From an uncultured Gammaproteobacteria bacterium (GTDB lineage: Bacteria > Patescibacteriota > Microgenomatia > Levybacterales > UBA12049), in contig CAZFRF010000001.1 in the NCBI GenBank assembly GCA_964521295.1, positions 206,146 through 270,145 on the forward strand: 64,000 nucleotides of DNA. Direction: 5' to 3'. Positions 55,985 through 64,000 of the stretch are shown here, one piece after another. Under the pieces are notes generated by a model that searched no databases, was not told the DNA's origin, and worked only from the letters and a program-made list of their open reading frames with translations. The position numbers and the translations under genes are program-made. Positions within the stretch are counted from its first letter, which is position 1; every line of letters begins with the position of its first letter.

Positions 55985-56533
55985 ATGAACTTAGTAATAA
56001 TCGGAATAATAATTTTAGCGATACTTGCATTCGTTTGGTTTCTTTACAACAGCATAATTGTTGCTAAATTAAGAATCTCTGAAGCTCTTTCGCAAATCGA
56101 TGTTCAGCTAAAAAGAAGGACAGATTTAATCCCAAACTTAGTTGAGACCGTAAAAGGTTATGCAAAACATGAAAAAGAATTATTTGAGAAAGTTACAGAA
56201 GAAAGATCAAAATTAATAACTGCTTCATCAACAGGTGAAAAAGCAAAAGTTAATAACGAACTTTCCCAAACTCTTAAATCAATTTTTGCTATTGCTGAAA
56301 GCTATCCTGACTTAAAAGCAAGCCAAAACTTTTCAGAACTTCAAGCAGAAGTTTCAGATACGGAAAACAAAATAGCTTATGCGCGACAATTCTATAATTC
56401 TGTTGTATTAGACTACAACACTAAATTAAAGCTATTTCCAAACGTTTTAATAGCTGGACTTCTTAATTTTAAAGAAGCAGAATTTTTTGCTGCAACCGAA
56501 GAAGAAAAGAAAGGTGTAAAAATTAGTTTTTAA
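55985..56533 (+). CDS. lemA: LemA family protein
   Basis: N-terminal TM then LemA conserved blocks (ESYPDLKASQNF, LQAEVSDTENKIAYARQFYNSVVLDYNTKLKLFPNVLIAG). Confidence 0.85.
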   Translation: MNLVIIGIIILAILAFVWFLYNSIIVAKLRISEALSQIDVQLKRRTDLIPNLVETVKGYAKHEKELFEKVTEERSKLITASSTGEKAKVNNELSQTLKSIFAIAESYPDLKASQNFSELQAEVSDTENKIAYARQFYNSVVLDYNTKLKLFPNVLIAGLLNFKEAEFFAATEEEKKGVKISF

Positions 56534-56536
56534 TCC

Positions 56537-57439
56537 ATGAATATTTATTCTGCAATAACTGCAAATAAAAATAAAACGTGGTTAATAATGTTACTTTTTG
56601 TGCTTATTATCACCACTATTGTTTATGTATTTAGTAAGGCAATGGGCTATGGAATTGGTTTTGCTGGCATTGCTCTAGTCTTTGCTGGAATTACCAGTAT
56701 TGGCAGCTACTATTACTCAGATAAACTTGTGTTGGCAACAAGTGGCGCAAAAGAAATTGTTAAAAGCGATAGTCCTGAATTATTTAGAATAGTTGAAAAT
56801 CTAGCAATTGGCGGTGGTCTACCTATGCCAAAGGTATACATTATTCACGACGCTGCTCCCAATGCCTTTGCCACTGGCAGAGATCCTAAGCATGCAGTGG
56901 TCTGTGTTACGACAGGTCTTTTAGAATTAATGAACAAAGCTGAACTTGAGGGTGTAATTGCCCATGAACTTTCTCATGTCAAAAACTATGACATAAGACT
57001 TATGGGTATTGTGGCAATTTTAGTTGGTTTTATAGCAATAGCTTCAAACATGTTCACTAATCATCTGTGGTTCGGTGGAATGGGAAGAGATAGTGACGAC
57101 AACAATAACAGATCTACTCCAATCTTTTTAATCATAGGTATTGCTTTGGCAATACTTTCCCCTATTGCTGCGACGATAATTCAACTAGCAATCTCAAGAA
57201 AAAGAGAATTCTTAGCCGACGCATCCGGAGCTTTGCTTACCAGATATCCAGAAGGCCTTGCTTCAGCTTTAGAAAAGCTAGATCAGTATCCAAGATCTTT
57301 AAAATCAGCAAATAATGCCACAGCTCATCTTTTTATTGTTAATCCTTTTAAAGGAAAAACTGCCAAACAATGGTTTACCTCACTGTTTGACACCCACCCA
57401 TCTATTGAAGAACGCGTAAAAGTATTGCGTTCTATGTAG
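56537..57439 (+). CDS. htpX: Zinc metalloprotease HtpX (peptidase M48)
   Basis: Four TM helices. HEXXH as IAHELSHVKNYD. Downstream Glu (EFLADASGA). C-terminal FDTHPSIEERV. Confidence 0.9.
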   Translation: MNIYSAITANKNKTWLIMLLFVLIITTIVYVFSKAMGYGIGFAGIALVFAGITSIGSYYYSDKLVLATSGAKEIVKSDSPELFRIVENLAIGGGLPMPKVYIIHDAAPNAFATGRDPKHAVVCVTTGLLELMNKAELEGVIAHELSHVKNYDIRLMGIVAILVGFIAIASNMFTNHLWFGGMGRDSDDNNNRSTPIFLIIGIALAILSPIAATIIQLAISRKREFLADASGALLTRYPEGLASALEKLDQYPRSLKSANNATAHLFIVNPFKGKTAKQWFTSLFDTHPSIEERVKVLRSM

Positions 57440-57440
57440 C

Positions 57441-58721
57441 ATGAATTTATTAATTGTTTTATTTGGCAAACTTTTTCTTAAAGCAATTAAATTTCTCAAT
57501 CTTGGTAATGGCTCCACTTGGCCAGGACATATTGCCCTAGCAATTAATAAAAATTTTGTTAACAGTTTTCTTAAAAAATCCAAAATAAAAGTTATTTTAA
57601 TTGCAGGAACCAATGGCAAGACAACAACCGGTAAACTTATTGCTCATCTTTTAACTGCAGCCGGCAAGACAACAATTGAAAATGATTCAGGCGCCAATCT
57701 TTTAAATGGTCTAGCTTCAACTCTAATAAAGGGTGGAGATCTGTCAGGCAAAATTCATAAAGATTATTTAATTTTTGAAGCGGATGAAAACGCTCTTTCG
57801 CAAGTCTTAAAACAACTAGATCCTAATTACTTAATTTGCCTTAATCTTTTCAGAGATCAGCTAGATAGATACGGCGAAATTGACTCTATTGCCAAAAAAT
57901 GGAAAGAAGCATTTACCAATTTAGACAAAACCACGACTCTGGTATTGAATGCTGATGATCCACAAATTGCCTATCTTGGAAATAAACTTGATTGCAAAAT
58001 CCTGTATTTTGGGTTGTCAGAAAAAACCTCGCAAACCAAAACAACTCACGGTGCTGATTCGATTTTTTGCCCTAAATGTGAACAGAAATTAACATATAGC
58101 TCCGTCTTTTTTTCTCATTTAGGCATTTGGGAATGCAATAACTGCAAACTCAAAAGACCAAAAATTCACACCCAAGACTTAAAAGCCTATCCTCTGCTTG
58201 GCACATACAATAAATACAATACCCTTGCAGCCTATCTGATCGCAGCAGCAGAAAATTTAAAAGTTACAACTATCATACAAGCCCTCACTACATTTAAACC
58301 TGCTTTTGGCAGACAAGAAAAATTATCCTTTATGGGAAAAGACGTTCAAATCTTTCTCTCTAAAAACCCAACTAGCTTTAATGAATCATTGGATACCATA
58401 AAAAATATTAATGGCAAAAATCTACTACTACTGTTAAATGATCAAATTCCAGATGGATTAGACATCTCCTGGATTTGGGATATTAATTTTGAAACTAACC
58501 TAGCAAAAGATCTTAATATTTGCGTCTCTGGAGATAGAGCATGGGAAATGGGACTAAGACTAAAACACGCAAACATCTTCACGCATATTGAAGAAAATTA
58601 TGAGAAAGCTTTAACAGCAATGACAGAAAATTTAAATTCCAACGAAACACTCTTTATTCTCGCTAACTATTCTGCAATGCTAAATATTAGAAAAACAATC
58701 ACAGGCAAAAAAATATTATGA
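57441..58721 (+). CDS. murT: Lipid II isoglutaminyl synthase subunit MurT (Mur-ligase family)
   Basis: Mur ligase P-loop IAGTNGKTTTGKL. Cys4 ribbon CPKCEQKL...WECNNC characteristic of MurT. C-terminal DUF1727-like region. Followed by gatD. Confidence 0.8.
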   Translation: MNLLIVLFGKLFLKAIKFLNLGNGSTWPGHIALAINKNFVNSFLKKSKIKVILIAGTNGKTTTGKLIAHLLTAAGKTTIENDSGANLLNGLASTLIKGGDLSGKIHKDYLIFEADENALSQVLKQLDPNYLICLNLFRDQLDRYGEIDSIAKKWKEAFTNLDKTTTLVLNADDPQIAYLGNKLDCKILYFGLSEKTSQTKTTHGADSIFCPKCEQKLTYSSVFFSHLGIWECNNCKLKRPKIHTQDLKAYPLLGTYNKYNTLAAYLIAAAENLKVTTIIQALTTFKPAFGRQEKLSFMGKDVQIFLSKNPTSFNESLDTIKNINGKNLLLLLNDQIPDGLDISWIWDINFETNLAKDLNICVSGDRAWEMGLRLKHANIFTHIEENYEKALTAMTENLNSNETLFILANYSAMLNIRKTITGKKIL

Positions 58722-59467
58722 AAAAAAGCTTAACAATTGGATGGTTATATCCAACCCTAATGAACATTTACGGAGATCGAGGCAATATTACAACTCTAGC
58801 AAATAGATGTAAATGGCAAGACATAGACGTAGAAATTAAGTATCTCGATCCTGGTTTTAGCAAAAATGATTTAGATAGTTGTGATTTTCTAGTTATGGGA
58901 GGTGCTCAAGATAGTCAGCAAACAATCGTAAATAAGGATTTAATAACTAAAAAGGATTTACTAAAGACAAAAATTGAATCAGGCACTCCTGGCTTATATG
59001 TTTGCGGCGGATTTCAATTTTTAGGCAAATATTATAAAGAAGCTGATGGCACCAAAATTGATGGTTTGGGTATTTTTGATTTATATACAGAAAACCCAGG
59101 CCAACAAACTCAAAGACTCATTGGCAATATGGCTTTTAAGTTCTCTGAACTTGATTATGTTTTAATTGGTTTTGAAAACCATGGTGGCAGAACTCATTTA
59201 GGCAAAGACATTGAACCTTTTGGAACGATTATCGCTGGTTTTGGTAACAACGGAGAGGATCAAACTGAAGGAGCTAGGTATAAAAATAGTTTTGGCACAT
59301 ATGCTCATGGACCTTTACTCCCTAAAAACCCTAAATTTGCAGATTATTTAATCAAACTTGCCTTGGAGCAAAAATATAGAACACAAATTGAATTACAAGA
59401 ATTAGATGATAACATTGAAAATAAGGCAAGAATGGCAATTGCCAATAAGCTCAACATTGCCATATAA
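58718..59467 (+). CDS. gatD: Lipid II isoglutaminyl synthase glutaminase subunit GatD (CobQ/CobB-type GATase)
   Basis: N-terminal LYPTLMNIYGDRGNI signature of GatD. Nucleophile loop YVCGGFQFLG. His in FGTYAHGPL. 4-nt overlap with murT. Confidence 0.8.
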   Translation: MKKSLTIGWLYPTLMNIYGDRGNITTLANRCKWQDIDVEIKYLDPGFSKNDLDSCDFLVMGGAQDSQQTIVNKDLITKKDLLKTKIESGTPGLYVCGGFQFLGKYYKEADGTKIDGLGIFDLYTENPGQQTQRLIGNMAFKFSELDYVLIGFENHGGRTHLGKDIEPFGTIIAGFGNNGEDQTEGARYKNSFGTYAHGPLLPKNPKFADYLIKLALEQKYRTQIELQELDDNIENKARMAIANKLNIAI

Positions 59468-59474
59468 TAGCTTC

Positions 59475-59759
59475 ATGAAAGTAAACATTAAAACAGTTGC
59501 AAAACTTGCAAATCTACACCTAACTTCAGAGGAGGAAGAAAAATTTGCAAAACAATTAGAAGAAACCGCTACTTATGTTGAAGAACTAGAAGAAGTTGAC
59601 ACTAAAGACGTTGAAGCAACAAGTCAGGTTACGGGTTTGGAGAATGTATTAAGGGAAGATATTGCAAAACCCTCATTGTCTCAAGAGGATGCACTTAAAA
59701 ACGCCAAGGAAACACATAATGGTTTTTTCAAAGTGAAAGGAATTTTGCAAAATGAATAA
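59475..59759 (+). CDS. gatC: Asp/Glu-tRNA amidotransferase subunit C
   Basis: MKVNIKTVAKLANLHLTSEEEEKFAKQLEETATYVEELEEVDTKDVEATSQVTGLENVLRED is the classic GatC pattern. The track ORF starts at 59406, but the Met at 59475 is the likely start. Confidence 0.85.
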   Translation: MKVNIKTVAKLANLHLTSEEEEKFAKQLEETATYVEELEEVDTKDVEATSQVTGLENVLREDIAKPSLSQEDALKNAKETHNGFFKVKGILQNE

Positions 59760-60393
59760 ATTAACAACCATCTATGTAGTTAGGCATGGACAATCTCAAT
59801 TTAATATTGGCGAATCAGATAAGCCAAATACTCCCCTAACTGCCTTAGGCAGAGAACAGGCGGAAAAATTAGCCGAAGAATTAAAAGACATTCAATTTGA
59901 CGCAATTTTCTCGTCTACTCTTTTACGCACAAAAGAGACAGCGGAAATTTTAAAACTTGAAAGAAAATTAGCAATTGAAACTAAAGAGGCAATAGTTGAA
60001 AGAAGCTCATACCATTACACAGAAAGAATTGGTAGAGATGAAAAAGAAGTTTTAGATGAAATTAAAAGAGATTTAGCTAAATTAGATGAATTACAAAAAA
60101 TGGAATATAAACACAGTCCAATAATGGAAAGCGCTAAGGAAGCTGCTGTAAGAACCATTAATTTTTTAAGAGAAGTTGCAATTGCCTACCCAGGAAAAAA
60201 TGTCTTAGTTGTTGTTCATGGAAACATAATGCGAAATGTCTTAACTGACCTTGGTGTAGCTAAATATGATCAATTACCACCTGGATCAATTCCAAATACA
60301 GGGTATTTTGTACTTGAAAGCGATGGCGTAGATTTTTTTGTTAAAGAGCTACACAATGTTAATATTCAAGAAGGAAAGGAAAGAGGTTGGTAA
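59752..60393 (+). CDS. Histidine phosphatase family protein (phosphoglycerate-mutase-like)
   Basis: RHG motif IYVVRHGQSQFN. Downstream conserved His in VVVHGNIMR. Confidence 0.75.
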   Translation: MNKLTTIYVVRHGQSQFNIGESDKPNTPLTALGREQAEKLAEELKDIQFDAIFSSTLLRTKETAEILKLERKLAIETKEAIVERSSYHYTERIGRDEKEVLDEIKRDLAKLDELQKMEYKHSPIMESAKEAAVRTINFLREVAIAYPGKNVLVVVHGNIMRNVLTDLGVAKYDQLPPGSIPNTGYFVLESDGVDFFVKELHNVNIQEGKERGW

Positions 60394-61811
60394 TGTTACA
60401 TACGCTAACTATTCAGCAAGCAAAAAAAGGGCTTTTAAATAAAGACTTTAGTTCCGTTGATTTAACCCAAGCCTGTCTTGAGCAAATTAAAAAAACAGAA
60501 CCAATGCTTAACGCTTTCGTGACCATAACCGAAGAAGAAGCTTTGAAAAATGCACAGACAGCAGATGATTTAATTGCTGCCGGACAAGATTTACCGCTGT
60601 TAGGTATTCCACTTGCTGTTAAAGACAATTTTTCTACACTAGGTATTAAAACAACAGCTTCAGCAAAAATTCTAGATCATTATCTTCCACCCTTTGATTC
60701 AACTGTTATTCAAAAATTAAAAGCTGCAGGAATGGTACTTTTAGGAAAAACAAACATGGACGCATGGGCTCATGGATCATCAACTGAAACTTCAGATTAT
60801 GGAGCAACTAAGAACCCCTGGAATACTAATCACCTACCAGGAGGCTCTTCAGGAGGCTCTGCAGCCTCTGTTGCAGCTGATCAATGTATTGCCGCAATTG
60901 GATCGGAAACTGCTGGATCAATACGACAACCAGCTAGTTGGTGTGGAGTAGTTGGCCTAAAACCCACTTACGGCAGAGTAAGTAGATATGGTGTTGTAGC
61001 AATGGGCTCAAGCTTGGATTCCCCTGGTCCAATTACTAAAACCGTGGAAGACAGTGCATTAATCCTTGAAGTATTAGCGGGAATCGATCCAAATGACGCA
61101 ACAACTTCCCCAAAACCAGTTTTGGACTACACCAAACTTTTAGAGAAAGACATTAAAAATTTAAGAATTGGGATTTCAAATGAATACTTTATTAAAGGTC
61201 TAGATCCAGAAGTTGAAGCTGGTGTCAAAACTGCGCTTAAAAAACTAGAAGAAATGGGTGCAAAAATTGAAATTGTAAAACTTTTTGACCCTAAATATGC
61301 AATTGATGTCTACACAATTTTGCAAAGATCAGAAGTTTCTTCCAACTTAGCAAGATACGATGGAATTAGGTATGGAGAAAATAGAGATATTTTTGGACAA
61401 GAAGCCAAAAGAAGAATTATGTTTGGTACATATGCCCTCTCCAGTGGATACTATGATCAATATTACACTAAAGCTCAAAAAGTCAGAACTGTAATCGTAA
61501 ATGATTTTAATAAAGCATTTGAAAAAGTTGATGTCATTATTGCGCCTACTTCTCCATCTCTGGCTTTACCAATAGGATCTAGTAAAGATGCTGCAATGTT
61601 TGGAGAAATAGCTGATATCCTCGTGGAGCCATCTTCAATTGCTGGTCTCTCTGGAATTAATATTCCTGTTGGCTTTGCTAAGAATGGATTACCAATTGGC
61701 ATGCAAATAATTGGCCCCCAGTTTCAAGAGGAAGTTGTCTTAGCAGTAGCTAGTGAATATGAAAAACATACTCAGAATGAAGAATGGAGAAAGCTTAAGC
61801 CAAATCTATGA
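60387..61811 (+). CDS. gatA: Glu-tRNA(Gln)/Asp-tRNA(Asn) amidotransferase subunit A
   Basis: Amidase signature GGSSGGSAASVAA...GSETAGSIRQPAS with Ser-cisSer-Lys triad residues. Confidence 0.95.
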   Translation: MVMLHTLTIQQAKKGLLNKDFSSVDLTQACLEQIKKTEPMLNAFVTITEEEALKNAQTADDLIAAGQDLPLLGIPLAVKDNFSTLGIKTTASAKILDHYLPPFDSTVIQKLKAAGMVLLGKTNMDAWAHGSSTETSDYGATKNPWNTNHLPGGSSGGSAASVAADQCIAAIGSETAGSIRQPASWCGVVGLKPTYGRVSRYGVVAMGSSLDSPGPITKTVEDSALILEVLAGIDPNDATTSPKPVLDYTKLLEKDIKNLRIGISNEYFIKGLDPEVEAGVKTALKKLEEMGAKIEIVKLFDPKYAIDVYTILQRSEVSSNLARYDGIRYGENRDIFGQEAKRRIMFGTYALSSGYYDQYYTKAQKVRTVIVNDFNKAFEKVDVIIAPTSPSLALPIGSSKDAAMFGEIADILVEPSSIAGLSGINIPVGFAKNGLPIGMQIIGPQFQEEVVLAVASEYEKHTQNEEWRKLKPNL

Positions 61812-63121
61812 ACTATAAAACAATAATTGGACTTGAAGTTCATGTAGAACTTAAAACTAACAGTAAAATGTTTTGCTCATGTAGCGCAGATTATTTTGGT
61901 CAAAAACCAAATTCACAAACATGTCCTGTTTGCCTTGGTTTGCCTGGAGCATTGCCTATTCCAAATAAAAGAGCGATTGAAGGGTGCTTAATGATCGGTA
62001 TGGCTTTAAATTGCCAAACTCCCCTTGTCTCTAAATTTGATCGCAAAAACTATTTCTATCCCGATCTTTCCAAAGGCTACCAAATTTCTCAGTTTGATAA
62101 ACCATTTGCCGAAAATGGATACATCACGCTGCAAAGCGGTAAGAAAATTGGAATTAGACGTGTTCATATGGAAGAGGACACAGGCAAACTTATTCACGAA
62201 ACTATTGATGCTGAAAAAGTAAGTCTTATTGATTTTAACCGAAGCGGAGTTCCACTTGTTGAAATAGTTACCGAACCAGATTTTGAAACCGCTGAAGAAG
62301 TAAAAGAATACCTACAGAAACTCCAACAAATCGTCAGATACTTAGACGTCTCTAACGCAGATATGGAAAAAGGCAATATGCGCTTAGAACCAAATATATC
62401 TTTACAAAAAGAAGGAGAAAAAGAATTACCAAAGTATAAAGTTGAAGTAAAAAATATTAATTCTTTTAGCTTTGTTAGTAAAGCAATTGAATATGAAATA
62501 AAAAGACAAAAAGAAATCTTAGAAACCGGTAAGCTTCCTGCTCAAGAAACTCGAGGTTTTGTTGAAAAATCTTCATCAACTGTTTCTCAAAGATCTAAAG
62601 AAGACGCAATGGATTACCGATACTTCCCAGAGCCTGACATTCCTCCAATAAGGTGGACCCAAGAATATCTTGATTTATTAAAAACAAAACTTCCTGAGCT
62701 TCCAGATGACAAAATAACTAGATTTATCAAAGACTTTAATTTATCAGCCTATGATGCAGAAATTTTAACCAGGGAAATTGAACTAGCAGACTTCTTTACC
62801 GAAGCCGTAAAAGTAGCTGAAGACAAACTGACTCCCAAACAAATTGCTAATTATATGATTAATAAAAAAATAACTGGCAAAGATATAGTCCCCGCCCAAC
62901 TTATTCAAGAGATATTAGAAAATACTAAAACCGAAGAGATTGATACCAAAGAGCTTAAAAAAATTATCCAAGAGGTTTTAGCAAAACATCCCCAAATAAG
63001 AAGTGAATATGCTGCAGGTAAAGAAAATATCTTACAGTTTGCAGTAGGCCAAGTTATGTATATCTTAAAAAGAAAAATAGATATAAGATTATTATTAGAT
63101 CTAATTAAACAAGAATTATGA
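61808..63121 (+). CDS. gatB: Asp/Glu-tRNA amidotransferase subunit B (short form without full YqeY tail)
   Basis: N-terminal IGLEVHVELKTNSKMFCSC, DRKNYFYPDL and MEEDTGKL signature blocks. Confidence 0.95.
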   Translation: MNYKTIIGLEVHVELKTNSKMFCSCSADYFGQKPNSQTCPVCLGLPGALPIPNKRAIEGCLMIGMALNCQTPLVSKFDRKNYFYPDLSKGYQISQFDKPFAENGYITLQSGKKIGIRRVHMEEDTGKLIHETIDAEKVSLIDFNRSGVPLVEIVTEPDFETAEEVKEYLQKLQQIVRYLDVSNADMEKGNMRLEPNISLQKEGEKELPKYKVEVKNINSFSFVSKAIEYEIKRQKEILETGKLPAQETRGFVEKSSSTVSQRSKEDAMDYRYFPEPDIPPIRWTQEYLDLLKTKLPELPDDKITRFIKDFNLSAYDAEILTREIELADFFTEAVKVAEDKLTPKQIANYMINKKITGKDIVPAQLIQEILENTKTEEIDTKELKKIIQEVLAKHPQIRSEYAAGKENILQFAVGQVMYILKRKIDIRLLLDLIKQEL

Positions 63122-63891
63122 GTGATAAAGCGTTAGAAGGACTGCCTTCTTCTAGCTCTGTCCCTAAGGAGCTAAAACCCAGTTTTAAAACTGTCAGAAA
63201 AGTACATACCCAGTCTTTGCAGATTGCCAAAGATGCTTATCCCGAACATACAGGAATCTTTAGTAAATTTAGAAACCGCGGAATTACAGAAAAAAGAAGA
63301 AAACTAGCCCGAGAAATCACACTTCCTAATATTGTTACTGAGCTTAGACATCAAAAGAGAGAAGAAGACCTCGTCAGAGAAGGAGAAATTGACCCTTTAA
63401 CTCAAATTTACAATCGTAAAGGCTTTCTAAAAAGAGCAACCGAAGAACAAGCAAGACTTCATCGTGCTCAAGTAGAAAATCCCAACCAAGAAACTGTCGT
63501 TTTTTTCTTTGATGGAGATAATTTTAAACAAATTAATGATACCCAAGGGCACGATGCTGGAGATAAGGTTTTACAACAAATGGCACAAGTACTTAAAGAC
63601 TCCATTAGAGAAACAGATATTGTAGGTAGGCTGGGAGGAGATGAATTTGCAATCGTCATGCCAGGAATTTCACTTCAGGATTCAGTCGCCTACTGGACAA
63701 GATTAAATGCTCTACTTAAAGACAGAGGCATAAAAATGTCAGCAGGAGCTACGGTTTTACATACTAATGATTTATCGCTTAGTCTAAGAGAGGCAGACAC
63801 CGCTTTATATGATTCAAAGGACGCAAAAAAAGCCTCCGGAAATAACGAATTTAGTATATACTATGGTCAACCTTTAAGGGATAAAAAATAA
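63118..63891 (+). CDS. GGDEF-domain diguanylate cyclase-like protein
   Basis: DPLTQIYNRKGF, FFFDGDNFKQINDTQGHDAGDKVL and active-site GRLGGDEFAIV. About 100-aa N-terminal region without a recognisable sensor domain. Confidence 0.85.
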   Translation: MSDKALEGLPSSSSVPKELKPSFKTVRKVHTQSLQIAKDAYPEHTGIFSKFRNRGITEKRRKLAREITLPNIVTELRHQKREEDLVREGEIDPLTQIYNRKGFLKRATEEQARLHRAQVENPNQETVVFFFDGDNFKQINDTQGHDAGDKVLQQMAQVLKDSIRETDIVGRLGGDEFAIVMPGISLQDSVAYWTRLNALLKDRGIKMSAGATVLHTNDLSLSLREADTALYDSKDAKKASGNNEFSIYYGQPLRDKK

Positions 63892-63892
63892 T

Positions 63893-64000
63893 ATGGCAGA
63901 CTTTGTACACCTTCACAATCACAGTGAATTTTCTCTACTTGATGGACTCTCAAAAGCAAAAAATATGGTTGCAAGAGTCAAAGAACTTGGCATGAAAGCA
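63893..64000 (+). CDS. dnaE: DNA polymerase III alpha subunit (N-terminal PHP domain; partial, continues beyond window)
   Basis: MADFVHLHNHSEFSLLDGLSKAKNMVARVKELGMK is the canonical DnaE PHP N-terminus. Confidence 0.8.
   Translation, partial: MADFVHLHNHSEFSLLDGLSKAKNMVARVKELGMKA

Noticed and set aside
1-64000. Searched by eye for CRISPR arrays, rRNA genes, IS transposases and toxin-antitoxin pairs
   Set aside because: I found no regularly spaced direct repeats, no rRNA-like conserved stretches, no DDE/transposase ORFs and no obvious TA modules. The only mobile element supported is the serine-recombinase island.

Overview
This is a low-GC (~33-35%) bacterial chromosome segment with compact genes and many short overlaps. 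The gene content resembles a reduced-genome Patescibacteria/CPR-like organism: short Obg, short UvrC, MurT/GatD, PpsA-enolase-PGM-PGI glycolytic block and few biosynthetic genes; this taxonomy is inference only. Core content: MacA/MacB-type ABC efflux operon, six tRNAs (Lys-CTT, Arg-TCG, Lys-TTT, Glu-TTC, Gly-CCC, Asp-GTC), MFS transporter, RNase HII, SecG, UvrC, UvrA, UvrB and LexA as a complete NER/SOS set, an IMPDH-family protein, an extracytoplasmic thiol-redox pair (thioredoxin plus CcdA-thioredoxin fusion), Obg, PpsA, enolase, RsmI, L19, CTP synthase, PolX, HtpX, LemA, MurT/GatD, GatCAB, a GGDEF protein and the start of DnaE. The main finding is an accessory island directly downstream of tRNA-Glu (about 24.3-31.1 kb). 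It begins with a large serine recombinase whose 3' end runs antisense through the tRNA, and carries two XRE-type regulators and small membrane/secreted proteins. It also carries a translationally coupled two-gene operon: a 684-aa prokaryotic Argonaute with an apparently inactive PIWI domain (GGIPW motif, no DEDX aspartates) followed by a 397-aa Sir2-family (NADase-type) protein. This is a pAgo-Sir2 abortive-infection-type defence module. It is flanked by degenerate copies of the tRNA 3' end and by a repeated palindrome TGTAAT-N-ATTACA. Just beyond the island lie a tandem pair of paralogous 443-aa proteins of unknown function and a divergent 245-aa gene, all with slightly elevated GC. No rRNA or CRISPR array was seen. 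All domain assignments come from reading motifs in the supplied translations; no database search was run.
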